Assembly: GCA_964016885.1 (NCBI GenBank)
Contig: OZ024742.1
Span: 272,118,001-272,182,000 of the forward strand
From: Eledone cirrhosa
Lineage: Eukaryota
DNA: 64,000 nucleotides
Direction: 5' to 3'
Shown here: one piece after another, positions 1 through 11,950 of the stretch
How positions within the stretch are numbered: the stretch's first letter is position 1
How the letters are laid out: every line of letters begins with the position of its first letter
Notes under the pieces: generated by a model
Seen by the model: the letters and a program-made list of their open reading frames with translations, nothing else
What the model was told of the DNA's origin: nothing
Databases searched by the model: none
Program-made: the position numbers and the translations under genes

Positions 1-1
1 G

Positions 2-306
2 GAGAAAATTAACCGAAACCAGGACTTAAAGTGGGAGGTAAAAAGGATTTGGAACTGCCATCAAATCAAAGTGGTCTCGATTCTCATAGGCGCACTAGGT
101 ACTATCTCAAAAAATTTCCAGCGATGGTTAAAGAAATTTGGCCCAGCCACGCTTTTTGGAACACTTCAAAAGGCATGCTTACTGGTAACAGCAAGAACCC
201 TCCGATACGTCCTGAATATCTGAGGCTGCAGGTAGTGGCTTGATATTCATTTCAACAAACTTTCCACTTAACTAACATCAATGACTGAGACTCAAAGAAC
301 AATAAT
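2..306 (+). mobile_element. 3' end of an R4/Dong-type (RLE endonuclease) non-LTR retrotransposon: C-terminal coding fragment, 3' UTR and short (AAT) tail
   Basis: The frame from nt 2 to the TGA at 221-223 reads EKINRNQDLKWEVKRIWNCHQIKVVSILIGALGTISKNFQRWL...LQKACLLVTARTLRYVLNI*. This matches the EKxxKYQDL...IGALG...LQKACLLGTARILR C-terminus of R4/Dong ORFs. The element ends at AATAAT (301-306). The frame is absent from the ORF track because it has no start codon. Confidence 0.75.
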
Positions 307-469
307 GCTTTCTTTATTAACCACAAGGGTTTACATAAAGTAGACAGTACAGGACAATACAGGACGGTACAAATGGGCATTTCTGCGTGTAAAAAAACAA
401 GAGGAAGTAATAAAAAAATAACAATGAAAAATTCCCCAATAGGAGGGAGACTTCCGAGGGACATTTGTG

Positions 470-3400
470 GATGAAAAGGTTAATCAGAGCATCACCGAAG
501 AGGAAACTGCTCGTCTTCAGCCATTTTTAAACGTGTCCACCATACTATCTCTTTCGCCATGGCCACCAGACAGATAAAAAGTGCCTGCCCTTCCCGGCTA
601 AAGGAAGAGGGCGGGGCAATCCTCACGATGGACTCAGCTGATAGCCAGATCCGTCCTACACGTGACAGCAGGTGTTCGACATAAACCTACAAGTCAGCAA
701 TGCTCGGACACTGGACGAGTGCGTGCAGACGGTTTCTTCGTCCTGCGCGCATCTCGGACATGCCCGGCTGACGGCACCTCAATGCCATAGAGTTTACCCC
801 GAACTGGCAAAGCTCCTCGGTAGCACTGCCAGGCCAGGGATTTCTGGAAGTTGTCCATTGGCCCCGGCCCGAAAATCCTTCTAAAGAGATTGGCTAGTTG
901 AATTTCGTCGACGCCTAGAGTTTCTCCAAGTATCTCGTCACTCTTCCTCTCCAATAAACCTCTATAGAAAGCCTAGGTGGAGCTCCACCGATCACATTGC
1001 CCAATTTGTCGAGGGCTGTGAGCGCCTTAAGACATTCCAATCTCCAAGCGCTACCTCTCAGTCTTCGCTTGACCCAGGACTGCAGCTCCGTCAAGAAGAC
1101 GATCTGGGGAAAGACGTGTCTAGCAAACGGCGACTACACCTGATCAGCGTCGAGGAAGCGGTGGAGATGTCGTAGCCTGAGCGAGTGTCTGCGCATCATC
1201 GGCCATGGCATGCCTAGCCCTCCACGTAGCGGGTGTTGACAGTAGATGGCCCGCCTGACCATCGGAGCGCGTCCCTTCCACAAAAAGCGAAAGAGCAAAC
1301 GCTCCAGCGCAGTCAGGCGCGGCTTAGGACAAGATACGACGGTCAGGCGGTAGTAGATAACGGAGGCGATGTACGCGTTAGCCCCCTCCGCTCGACCTTT
1401 CAGGGATAGATTCCTCCCTGTCCATTTCTGGGTGAGAGAAGCCACCCTGCTCGTGACCTCGTCCCAGTTTTTGTCTGTCTGGAGGTCCGGACCGAACAAG
1501 ACCCCTAGCAATTTAACCAGTCCATCCGTCCAGCGGCCGACGAGGCTGTTGGACGGCATGGGCCTGTCTCTCCAGGTGCCGTGCTGCAGGCCCACTGACT
1601 TTTCCTGGTTGATCATTGATCCTGTCACCGCTTCGTATTATCTTAGTGTAGTGCCGATCGCCTCGATGTGTTTGGCGTTCGACATTACTACGATGACATC
1701 ATCCGCATATGCTGACTCGGATCTTTCGCATCCTAGTTCGCGCGGACCCACCTCAACGTCTCCAGTTTGTGCAGTAAAGGCTCGAGAGTCAATACGTACA
1801 AGAGGGACGAGAGACGACACCCTTGGCGGACCGAGCGTATGATGTTGAACGGTTCCGACAGGTGACCGTTCAGTCTCACCACAGAGCAGATGTCGCTGTG
1901 CGTGGCAGCGATCCAGCCTCTGAAGACGGGCCCAAAGTTAGCCGCCCTCAGGACTGCCGCTAGGTATCGATGGTCGACCCTATCGAAAGATTTCGACTGA
2001 TCAATATTGATTAAGAGCCTACCTGTGCCAGGTTCCCTAGCTACCCTCCCTACGATGTATCGCATGAGGTGGAGGTTGCCGTTGATGGATCTGCCGGGAA
2101 TGGCGAATGTCTGCGCCTCTCCCACCAGACCACCAACGACAAGCGCCATCCTCTTTGCTAGCACCTTGGCCAAAATCTTAAACTCTCCTATTTAGCTGAG
2201 TTATGGGCCTGAAGTTACCTGTTATCCCCCTTGTTAGGTTCCTTTCTCAGCGGCGCCACAGCACGTCGGCTCGCAGAGCTGGGAATTCTCCCGTTCTGTT
2301 GCCAGTTGCAGTAGACGTCCGACAAGAGGCCCCCGAACAAGTCTGGCATATGTACGTAAAGTTCATAGGGCAGACCATCCAAAGCAGGCGATTTACCACT
2401 TGTGCAGCCAGTCATTGCCTTATTCAGCGGCTGTTATTGGCTTTTCGCAACACTACGCCTCAGTGGCCGAGAGCCGCGGCAGTCCGTCGAGGTAGACACT
2501 AAAGTGCATCCCTCGATCCGGCCCGCCGCTTCCCCCGAACATATGGGCGAAATGTCGCTGAAAAGCTTCACACATTTGCCCGGGATCGAGTAGCATGTGT
2601 CCGTCGTGTTCCACCAAACACCGGATCGTGGCTTTGTTGCCACGACGCACGTCCGCCATTTGGGCCCATTGAACGGCTTTCATCCCCTCGTGTCTGAGAG
2701 CACGCATCCAAGCTCTGACAACGCAGCCTTCGTGCTTTGCATTGAAGGATTGGTCAAGTGCCAATTTCGCCGCAATACGTCGGTCGCGATGCCTTTGCTA
2801 AGCGCCTCGTTTAATATTCTAACTAGTTCTCCCTCTGGTCTCTTTTTCTCTATTGCTAAAGCCTTACTAAACCTAATGGACTTTATTCTAATTGCTCTTT
2901 TCAGAGCAATCCACCACTTGTTGTTGACAATGTCCTCCGTCAACGCCCGCTTAACTAGTTCACTAATGCGGACTCTGTAGGCCTTGCGCGCTGGTAAGGA
3001 CGCGTTTAGCTTCCAGTAGCCGGGTCCTCGTCTATGAAGCCTATCTAAGTCAAGTACACAGATCACGAATTTGAGGTCCGTGTAACTGACTATCTAATTG
3101 TGGACAGCCTATGTAAGACCTATCTATTTCCCTACCAAATACTCTATCTAGAAATGATCTTGATGACCCCTATGCGGTTTGTCCAAGTCCACATTGGCAA
3201 TTTCGGGAAATTTCATCAGTACCTGTCAAACAGTTTTAAACACCTGAGCAGGTTGGTGAGGCTCTTGCACCCTCCTCCCCTATCCGCTAATCCTACGCAG
3301 TCCCAGCGTGCATATAAAATCCCGTTCCAGTCGCCCACTAACACTAAAGCGCGGACGTTCCAAAAAGGGTCTCCAGACGCCGGAAGAAATCACGCCACCC

Positions 3401-3739
3401 AGCGCCTGTCGGGGCATAGAGGGCCACTAGCCTGAAAGCTTTCCCGTCTCCGCTGGTCACGTCCAGCACCACAACCTTACCTCCTGGGTCCAGGAAGATG
3501 GCCCGTATGGCGAGATCCAAACCTCTCCGAAGAATAACAGCATCTCCTCCCTCCGATCCAGGAAGACTGGGACATGCGTACACATCGTATCCTTCGAAGA
3601 TCGGTGCATCGGAAGTTCACGTCTCGCTGATGGCCACTAGATCTATGTTTAGTGAACTGAGGTGGTAGAGCTGGTGGCCCTGCTTCCATGATGACCCCAA
3701 GCCACGCGCATTTATGCTGCCTATTCTGAAAGAGGTCAT
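470..3739 (-). pseudogene. Tx1 ORF2 remnant (APE endonuclease, reverse transcriptase, C-terminal Cys motif) of copy A
   Basis: Starts MTSFRIGSINARGL (ATG at 3739). Fragments: FRLVALYAPTG (APE), RGPGYWKLN, KSPALDGLPYELY, IDQSKSFDRVDHRYL, SVRQGCRLSSLLY, SAYADDV (RT), LSLKGRAE, and a CPRC region. Many frameshifts and stops. Confidence 0.9.
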
Positions 3740-3773
3740 GTTGAAATGGACTGGAAAAGATGGGAAAGACCAC

Positions 3774-5669
3774 TTACCTTACTTCTCGTACAGGAAGGAT
3801 GGTTTTTCCATACTTTTGACTGCTTGTGGCCTCCTCCGGAAGGATGTCCTTATAAATCATCCTGGAGAGTGCTTGTCGGAAGTCTCCAATGTCTTTGGGG
3901 AATTTTTGTTTTAGTGTCGTGTACGTTTTCTGTGTGATGCGAGTGATTTGTATGTGTGGAGGTGGTGTGAACTTTTGGGGTGTTGTGTAGTATTTTTCTG
4001 TGATGCTGGTGTTGTGTTGGATGTAGTGTAATAATTGGTGGTTGTTCAAATTTAATGCTGTGTAGTGTGTATCGTTTTGGTTGTTTTGTTTGCGTTTGTT
4101 GAGTGTTTGTTTCTATTTCGCTTTTTGGTGACTTTTGTGGTGTTGGTGATGGTGGTGTTGTAGTTGAATGATGGTGATGGTGTTGGTGTTTGTGGTGATG
4201 GGGTTGGTGGTGTTGGTGTGGATGGTGGCATAGCAGTCCTAACTTTTTTGTTTGATAGTTTATTTGTTTCCCTATGTATTTTGTTTTTGGAGGATGAAGG
4301 AAGGGGATTTTTATCTTTTTGGGTTTCTTTTTTTCTTTATTCCTGATACCGTTTCTCACTCCTCGTCGTCACATCTGTCTCCAGTTGTGATAGGTCGGAG
4401 GAGTGGAAAATCCTCCAACGCGTTGGTTTTGGTCGTGGCGTGGTGGATGGTGTAGGCGCTGGTGTTAGTTCTGGCGCGTTGGGTTGTGGTGGTGTTGGTT
4501 TTGCTACTGTTGCTGGGGTTGGTGCTGCTACAATTGCTTCTGTTGCTGCTACAGTTGTTGCTTCCATTTCTGCTGCTGGTGGTGTTGATGGTTGAGTCAC
4601 TAGGGTGGGTAATATATGTGGCGTCAACCTTTTAGCTGAGGGCAGAAAACCCTTAGGTGGGTTCCTTCAGCACAAACGTCACATCTAGGCCTTCTGCCCT
4701 CGACAATTACGGTGAGGTGGCTGCCGTGAGTGAGGTCTATTACCTCTGGGATCACCTCAATGCTTTTTTGGTCAGCTTGGATCAGGAGCTCCATCCCAGA
4801 TCCGGACCAGTTCTCCTGCTTATTTTTGCTATTTTGCTTATTTTGGTGTTGGCCTCGATGCCGGTTGGGAAGGCAGCCATTCGCCATGGAATGTCGATAG
4901 CCGGTAAAACGTGGGTCACCTGATCTTCATGAGTCTCTGGCCACAATAGCTTTGAACTAGTGTGAAGTCGTCACTTCTTAATGGGGACATGGTGTGTTCT
5001 CTGGCCACCTGTGGTGTTCCAAAGAACACGTCCAGGGTTCCATATTCCTGCCCACGTCTGATGTGGGTTTTTTTGCCCACACATGTCCCAAAGCATTTTG
5101 GATTTCGTAGTCGGATGATCGATCCACTCGGCGCGATTTTATGTTAATCGTCCGATAAGACACGGTGCATAGGCGTCGATGCTCCATTTTATTTGTGGGG
5201 GGGGGGGGTAGGCTGACCCTCTACCCATCTTTCTTCACCATTCATTTGGCTTCATCTAATACCTCCTGTGTTACCTGGATTGCTTCGCACTTTTTTGCTA
5301 CTCTGGTTTTCTTATTTTCATTGTTGTTGTTGCTGTTGTTGTTATCGTTATTTTTGTCATTGTTATTTTTAGTTTCAGTTGTGGTGGTGGTGGCGTCAGT
5401 GGTGTTCGGTGTGGAAGAGTCCATTCTGGGTGAATCCATTTCGAAGTCACGAGATAATTTATTTTGTTTTCTTTTGTTTCTGTTGTCGCTGTGGTGGTGG
5501 CGGCTTCAACACCTGCAGTCTTTGGTAATGGCGGGAAATGAATGTCTGCATGAGACAATTTTAAATTATTGCTTATATTTTTAGTGTTGGGAAACGTAGT
5601 AATATTTACAATGGTTGTGTCGGCGTAACGTGTTAGTTTGTGAGGAAGGTATGGCTGTGAGTCGTCCAT
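3774..5669 (-). pseudogene. Tx1 ORF1 remnant (gag-like, CCHC zinc knuckle) of copy A
   Basis: Starts MDDSQPYLP (5669). Has an Asn/Thr-rich N-terminus, the knuckle RPRCDVCAEGTHLRVFCP, a Pro/Thr-rich linker, and a C-terminal ...LKQKFPKDIGDFRQAL... stretch ending just before ORF2. Frameshifted. Confidence 0.8.
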
Positions 5670-6210
5670 GATTTTTCAAAGAAATTTTTTTGTTTGATAA
5701 TTATAAAAGTTTAACTTTTGGGCTCAAGGCCCCAATCTTTTTGACTGTCCTTTTCCGAAAGGAAATGTTGTGACCTTATAAATAGTTAACAATAAAAAGT
5801 TTCCATAAATGGCAATATTAAACAAACGAAAACAACAAACCTTTGCGGAGCTCACGATGATACGATTTCCTACGTAGGTCGCCAATAATAATAATAATAA
5901 TAATAATGATTTCTTTATTGACCACAATGGCTTACATCAAGAAAAACATTACAGACGGCACAGGACGGTGCAGGACGGTACGATGTGTGTTTTGTGCGTC
6001 TAAATATTTGTATTATTTATATAAGAAAAGAAAAAAAGTACATAGAAACATATATATATATAAACAATAAAAATGAAAATTGAAACAATAAAAAATTCCC
6101 CAATAGGGGGGAAACCTCCGTGGGTTACTCGTGGCGAAAACAACACAAAAGACCACAGCCACCCTGACCACCAGAGCAAGCGCCCTCTCTCAATTTTTCC
6201 ATTTTTCAAA

Positions 6211-9200
6211 CTACAGACGTATATTCAGAGCGGTCCCGTTCACTCGGACCATTCTGGCTACATCGACCCACCTTTCAACAAACTTGCTAGAAGGCAGCAC
6301 TTACCTCTCCACCCTGATTTTCCTCTTCAAGTGAAACTTGAAAAATATAATTAGGGATTAGCCGAAGAGGAAAGTGTCTGTCTTTAACCCTTTAAACATT
6401 GTCCACCACACAATCTCTTTCGCCATGGCCACCAGGCAGATGAAAACCGCCTGCCCTTCGTCCTCGAAAGAAGACGGCGAGACCATCTGCACAATGGACT
6501 CAGTCGATAAACGGATCAGTCCTACACGCGACAGCAACTGGTCGACATAGCTCCACAAGTCAGCAATGCTCGGGCACTGAACAAGTGCGTTCACGATGGT
6601 TTCGTCGCTCTGCGCGCATCTCGGACAGGCTCTGCTGAGGGCACTTCCGTGCCTGTAGAGCTTATCTCCAACAGGCAGCACTCTCCGGTAGCACTGCCAG
6701 GCCGGGGATTTTTGGAGGTTATCCATAGGCCCTGGCCTCAAAGTTCTCCGGAAGAGAGCAATGATATGATCTTCTTCGAAACCCAGGATCTCTCCGAGAA
6801 CGTCGTCGCACTTCCCCTCCACAAGTCTTCTACAGAACGCCGAGGTGGATGTTCCACCGATACTGGTGCGCAGCTGGAGGGCAGTGAGCACCTGGAGACA
6901 TTCCAGTTTCCAAGCGCTATCCCTCGGTCTTTTTTGACCCTGGACTGCAGCTCCGTCAAGGAGACGAGCTGTGGGAAAACGTGCTGGCGTACGGGGACCG
7001 CACCTGTTCAACGTCAAGGAAGCTCCACAGATGTCGCAGCCTCAGCGCATGTTTGAGCATTATCAGCCATGGCATGCCCAGACCTCCACGCAACCGGTGT
7101 TGACAGCAGATGGATCGTCTGATCTTGGGAGCGCCTCCCTTCCACAAAAAGCGGAAGAGGAGGCACTCCATTTTGGTGAGAGTAGGGCCGGAGCAAGGGA
7201 CGACCGTGAGATAGGTAGCAGATGACGGATGCGATGTACGCATTCGCCACCTCCGCCCGGCCTTTCAGGGACAGCTTCCTCTCGGCCCATTTCTGGGTGA
7301 GGGAGGCCACCTTGCTCGTCACATCGTTCCATCTGCAGTTCCGGTCCGAACCATACCCCGACAATTTAACCGGTCCGTTCGTCCAACACCCCACGACGCT
7401 GACGACGACATAGACTTGCCTCTCCAGGTGCCGAGCTGCAAGCCCACCGACTTTTCCTGGTTTATCTTTGCTTCTGTCACCGCTTCGTATTCCTTGATAG
7501 TGGTGCCGAGTATCTGGACGTGTCTGGTGCTCGATACGACTACGTATACGTCGTCAGCACAAGCCGACTCGGATTTCCCACATCCTAGTTCGCGTGGGAC
7601 GGCCCTCATCGACCCTAGTTTGTGCAGTAACGGCTCGAGAGCCAATACGTACAAGAAGGACGAGAGGGGACAACCCAGGCGGACTGAACGCATGATTCTG
7701 AACGGCTGCGACATGAGACCATTCATCCTCACAACTGAGCAGATGTCGCTGTACATCGCTGCGATCCAACCCCTGAAAACGCGCCCGAAACCGGCTGCCT
7801 CGAGGACCACCGCCAGGTACCGATGCTCAACCCTATCGAATGCTTTGGATTGATCCAAGTTGATCAGGGCCCCACCCGTGCCAGGTTCCTTAACCACCCT
7901 CTCTATGATGTATCGCATGAGGTGGAGGTTGTCGTGTATAGATCTGTCCGGAATGGCGCATATTTGCGCCTATCCCCCAGACACTTGACGACAAGCTCCA
8001 ACCTCGTTGCTTACACATTAGTCAACATCTTGAACTCTGCGTTTAGCAGGGTTATGGGCCTGAAATTATCGATAACATTCCCCTTGTTCAGGTCTTTTCT
8101 CAGCAACGCCACCGCTCCCCGGCTCACAAAACTGGGAATGCTCCAGTTCTGCTGCCAGTTGCGCAGACGTCTGCCAAGAGGTCACCGAACAAGTCTGGCA
8201 TATATGCATAAATCTCGTAGGGCAGATCATTCAAACCTGGCGATTTACCCCTCGTGTAGTTAGCCATTGCGTCCCGTATTTCACCAGCTGTTATTGGCTT
8301 TTCACAACACGGTGCTGCGGTTGATGAGAGCCGAGGAAGTCCGTCGAGGTATGCACTGAAGTCCATGCCCCGACCCGGCCCGCCGCTGCTCTTGATCTGA
8401 TTAGCAAAGTGCCGTCGAAAAGCTTCACACATCTGCTCGGGTTCGAGCAACACGCACCCGTTTTGGTCAGACACAGACCGAATTATGGCTTTGTTGCCAC
8501 GTCGCGCCTCTGCCACCCGGGCCCATTGGACGGCTTTTGTCCCCTCGTGTTTCAGAGCACTTGCTCCAGCTCTGACAACGCAGCCTTCGTGTTTCTGTTG
8601 AATAATTGGTCGAGTAGCAATCTCGCCGCAAGCACGTCGGCTGCGATGCATGTTCTAAAGGGCTATTCTAGCTTTCTGACTAGCTCTCCCTCTAATCTGA
8701 TTTCCTCTATCACTAGTCCTTTGCTAAACGTAATCGACTCTACTTTAATTTCCCTTTTCAGGGCGAACCACCTCCTGTTGTTGACTACCGCTCCCATCAA
8801 CGCCCGCTTAACTGATACGCTAATCCGGTCTCTGTAGGCTTTGCGCGCCGGTAAAGATGCGTTCAGCTTCCAATAATCGGGCCCTTGTCTATGAAATATG
8901 TCTATGTCGATCGCACAGATCATACATTTATGGTCTGTGTAGTCGACTATTTTAAATTGTGGACAACTTATACTAGCTTTATGTTGTTCTCTGCAGAATA
9001 CACTATACGATCTGGATGACCCAATACGGTTTGTCCATGTCCACATTGGCACATTCGGGTGATCCAGTCGATACCTGTCAGACAGTTCAAAACGTCTGAG
9101 CAGGTTGGTGAAGCTCATGCACTATCCTCCCCTTTCCACTAGACCCACACAATCCCAGCGTGCATCCAAGATACCGTTCCAGTCGCCCACTAACACTTAA

Positions 9201-9604
9201 GAGAAGGACGTTCCAAGAAAGGTCTCTAGACGTCTGAAGAAATTTGGCCATCCTGCCCCTGTTGGAGCATAGACTGCTACTAGCCTGAAAGCATTGCCTT
9301 CGCTGCCGCTCACGTCCAGCGCCACCGACTTACCTTCTGGATCTAGGAAGATGGCCCGTATGGCGAGATCCAAGCCTCTCCGAAAACGGACAGCAACCCC
9401 TCCCCTCGATCCTGGACGGCTGGGAGATGCGTATACAACGTAGCCGACGACTATCGGTACGAAGGCTTGTGCTTCAGAGATTCTGATCTCGCTGATGGCC
9501 ACCATATCTATGTTTAGTGACCTGAGGTCGTTGAGGATGTGACCCTGCTTCCAAGATGACCTCAGGCCACGTGCATTTGTACTGCCTATTCGGAGTACGG
9601 CCAT
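6211..9604 (-). pseudogene. Tx1 ORF2 remnant (APE, RT, zinc-binding C-terminus) of copy B
   Basis: Fragments MAVLRIGSTNARGL, NAFRLVAVYAP, YWKLNASL, KSPGLNDLPYEIY, LDQSKAFDRVEH, SVRLGCPLS, CADDV, RACPRCAQSDETIVNALVQC. Interrupted by frameshifts. Confidence 0.9.
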
Positions 9605-9649
9605 GTTGGATGAGAAACGGAGTAATTGAGAAAGAGTCACTTACATTGA

Positions 9650-11480
9650 TCGTGTGGTGAAGGGACAGTAGAACCGTCCCTTTGGCTGGTCATGGGTGTT
9701 TCAAAGAGGATGTCAGTGTATATCCTCTCTTAACCGACGCTCTGAAGTCTCCAACTGCGTTGGGGAGTTTTTGTTTTAAAGATTTGTATTGTTCTATTGA
9801 GATTTCAATGATGTTTATGTTTGTCGGGAGAGTTCTTGGTGTTGTTGGGGTGTAGTAGTGTTTTGCTGTGATGTATGTGTGCTGCTTTATATAATGTATG
9901 TTTTTGGCTGTGTACTTTCTTTTTTTGGGGGGGTGGGGGTGATTTTGTTGCTGTTTTCTTCTTGTTGCTGTTTGGTGTGTGTGTTTTGTTTCGTTTGCGT
10001 TGTTGGTGATTTTGGTGTTTTTGGTGGTGGTGTGGTTGTTGTTGGCGGTGGTGCTTGTGGTGGTGATGGTGATGGTGATGGTGTTATGCAAGTTTCCTTG
10101 CTGCCTTTACCCCTCTTTGTGTGCCTTCAATTTTGGAGGGTGAATCTAAGGGTCTTTTTGTTTTGGGGTTTTTTGTGGCAGAACGTTTTCCACTGCACTC
10201 CCGCCTCAAACTCCATGTCGGATTCCGTGGCGTCTGGGAGGGGTATGTGCTCCACGGCTTTTGGTGGTGGTGGTGGAGTGCTCTCCGGCAATTTTGTTGG
10301 TGGTGTAGCTACTTCAAATGTAGCTATTGGTGTTGCCGCTTTAGTTGTCCATGGCCTTGGTACGGGTGCCACGGACGTTTCCCTCCTACTCCCCGTGGAA
10401 GGGGCTTCTTCGTTTGTTGCCTGCCCTGTCCCCTTGGTAGCAGTGGACCAGGTATTGGAAGGAGAGGGGCATTCTTCTTCACTATCTTCTGTGGGCAAAT
10501 GGCCCTGAGGTGACCCTTCGACCCACAGAGATAGCAGTTTCGCCGTCCTCCTTCTACGCTTATAGGGAGTTGGGGATAGCATCGATACATTCCTGGTCAG
10601 TTTGTATAAGCATTTGCATGCCTATACCTGACCAGTTCTCTCTCCCTATTTTCTCTAATTGCAGCATGGTCGTCCGGTCCTCGATTCCAGCAGGGACAGA
10701 CGCGGCCAGCCAAGGTATGGGCACGTCGGGTGGGTCCTGGGTCACTTTGACCCTCACAATTTTCTGTCCGCAGTAGGAGGGCACCAAGACTATCTCCCCA
10801 CTCTTTAGGTTTTCCAAAGAGTGAGACTTCGCTTCTTGGGTGTGGGGAAATGTATGTCTACTGTGGCGTACTTTCTGCCTCGGGTAATGTGGGTTTTGCG
10901 TGCCCAGACGCAACCCAAGGCCTTTGGGATTTGAGCCTCCGTTGCTCTCTCCACCCGATGTGAGGATTTGCCTAGGGTGCGGTAAGTCACCGTCCGTAGC
11001 TGCTGGTCCTTGAAAAAATCGGGTGGAGGTTTCAGGGAGATTCTATTGGCGCTTCTTGTCACCATGGCCCTTGCGACTGCCATCTCCTACTCTGACTAAC
11101 ACTGTGTCGATATTTCGGGCGACACCTGCAAAAGAAGTGGTCCCTTTTTCAGCACCACCCCTATTTCTGCCGATACTGGTCTTGCTGGTGGTGCTGAGAT
11201 CGCTGTTACAGGTATCGATGTCATTGTTGATGATTTCGTTGGTACTGTTGTTGGTGTTGTTGTTTTCGTTGATACTGTTGCTATTGTTACTGTTATTGTT
11301 GCTATTGTTATTATTGTTGTTTTTCTTGATACAGTTCCTACTATTATTGTTGTTGTGACCGTTGTTATTGTCATTGTTATTGTCGTTCTCGACCTTACCA
11401 CTATTATTTTTGATATTGTCGTTCTCGACTTCACCGGTGTTATTTTTTGTTGTTGCTGTTGTTATTGATGATGTTAACAA
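9650..11480 (-). pseudogene. Tx1 ORF1 remnant of copy B
   Basis: Asn-rich N-terminus, CCHC knuckle RRNCYLCGSKGHLRAICP (10324-10590 frame), Pro/Thr-rich linker, and LKQKLPNAVGDFR homologous to copy A. Confidence 0.8.
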
Positions 11481-11950
11481 AAATAATAATAATGATGATT
11501 TCTTTATTGGCCACAAGGGCTGATATCAAGAAAAACATTACAGACGGCACAGGACGGTACAGGACGGTACGATGTAGGTTCTGTGCGTGTAAAGATTGGT
11601 ATTATTTAAATAAGAAAAGAAAAAGAATACACATAGAAACATATGTGTATATATAAACAATAAAAATGAAATTGAAACAATGAAAAATTGCCCAATAGGA
11701 GGGATACCTCCGAGGGTTACTCGTGGTGAAAACCACACAAAAGACCACGGACACCCTGACCACCAGGGTAAGCGCCCTCTCTCAATCTTTCCGTTTCTCA
11801 AACCTACAGACATTTATTCAGAGCGGTCCCGTTTGCTCAGACCATTCTCGCTACATTCACCTACCTTTCAACAAACTTGCTAGAAGGCATCACCTGCTTC
11901 TCCACCCTGACTTTCCTCTTAAGGTGAAACTTGAACAAGTTAATTAGGGC
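11481..11950 (-). mobile_element. Tx1 subfamily B 3' end (tail, 3' UTR, last ORF2 codons) fused to an A-type body
   Basis: The sequence parallels 5884-6358 (copy B 3' end). Confidence 0.8.

Larger units (their letters stand above)
301..5883 (-). mobile_element. Tx1-like non-LTR retrotransposon, copy A (subfamily A), near full length, degenerate
   Basis: Contains a 3' UTR and (ATT) tail at ~301-470, frameshifted ORF2 and ORF1 fragments, and a 5' end GGCGACCTACGTAGGAAATCG at 5883 that is also found in copy C. Confidence 0.9.
5884..11480 (-). mobile_element. Tx1-like retrotransposon, copy B (subfamily B), 5'-truncated within the ORF1 N-terminus
   Basis: (AAT)n tail from 5884, 3' UTR starting GATTTCTTTATTG, then ORF2 and ORF1 fragments. 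Clearly diverged from copy A. Confidence 0.9.

Noticed and set aside
31-243. 70-aa ORF from the track
   Set aside because: Wrong frame. The overlapping frame 2-223 carries the recognisable R4/Dong motifs.
5780-5883. HDV-like ribozyme at the Tx1 5' end
   Set aside because: No convincing P1-P4 nested pseudoknot could be built by eye. Only weak G-U-rich pairing was found.
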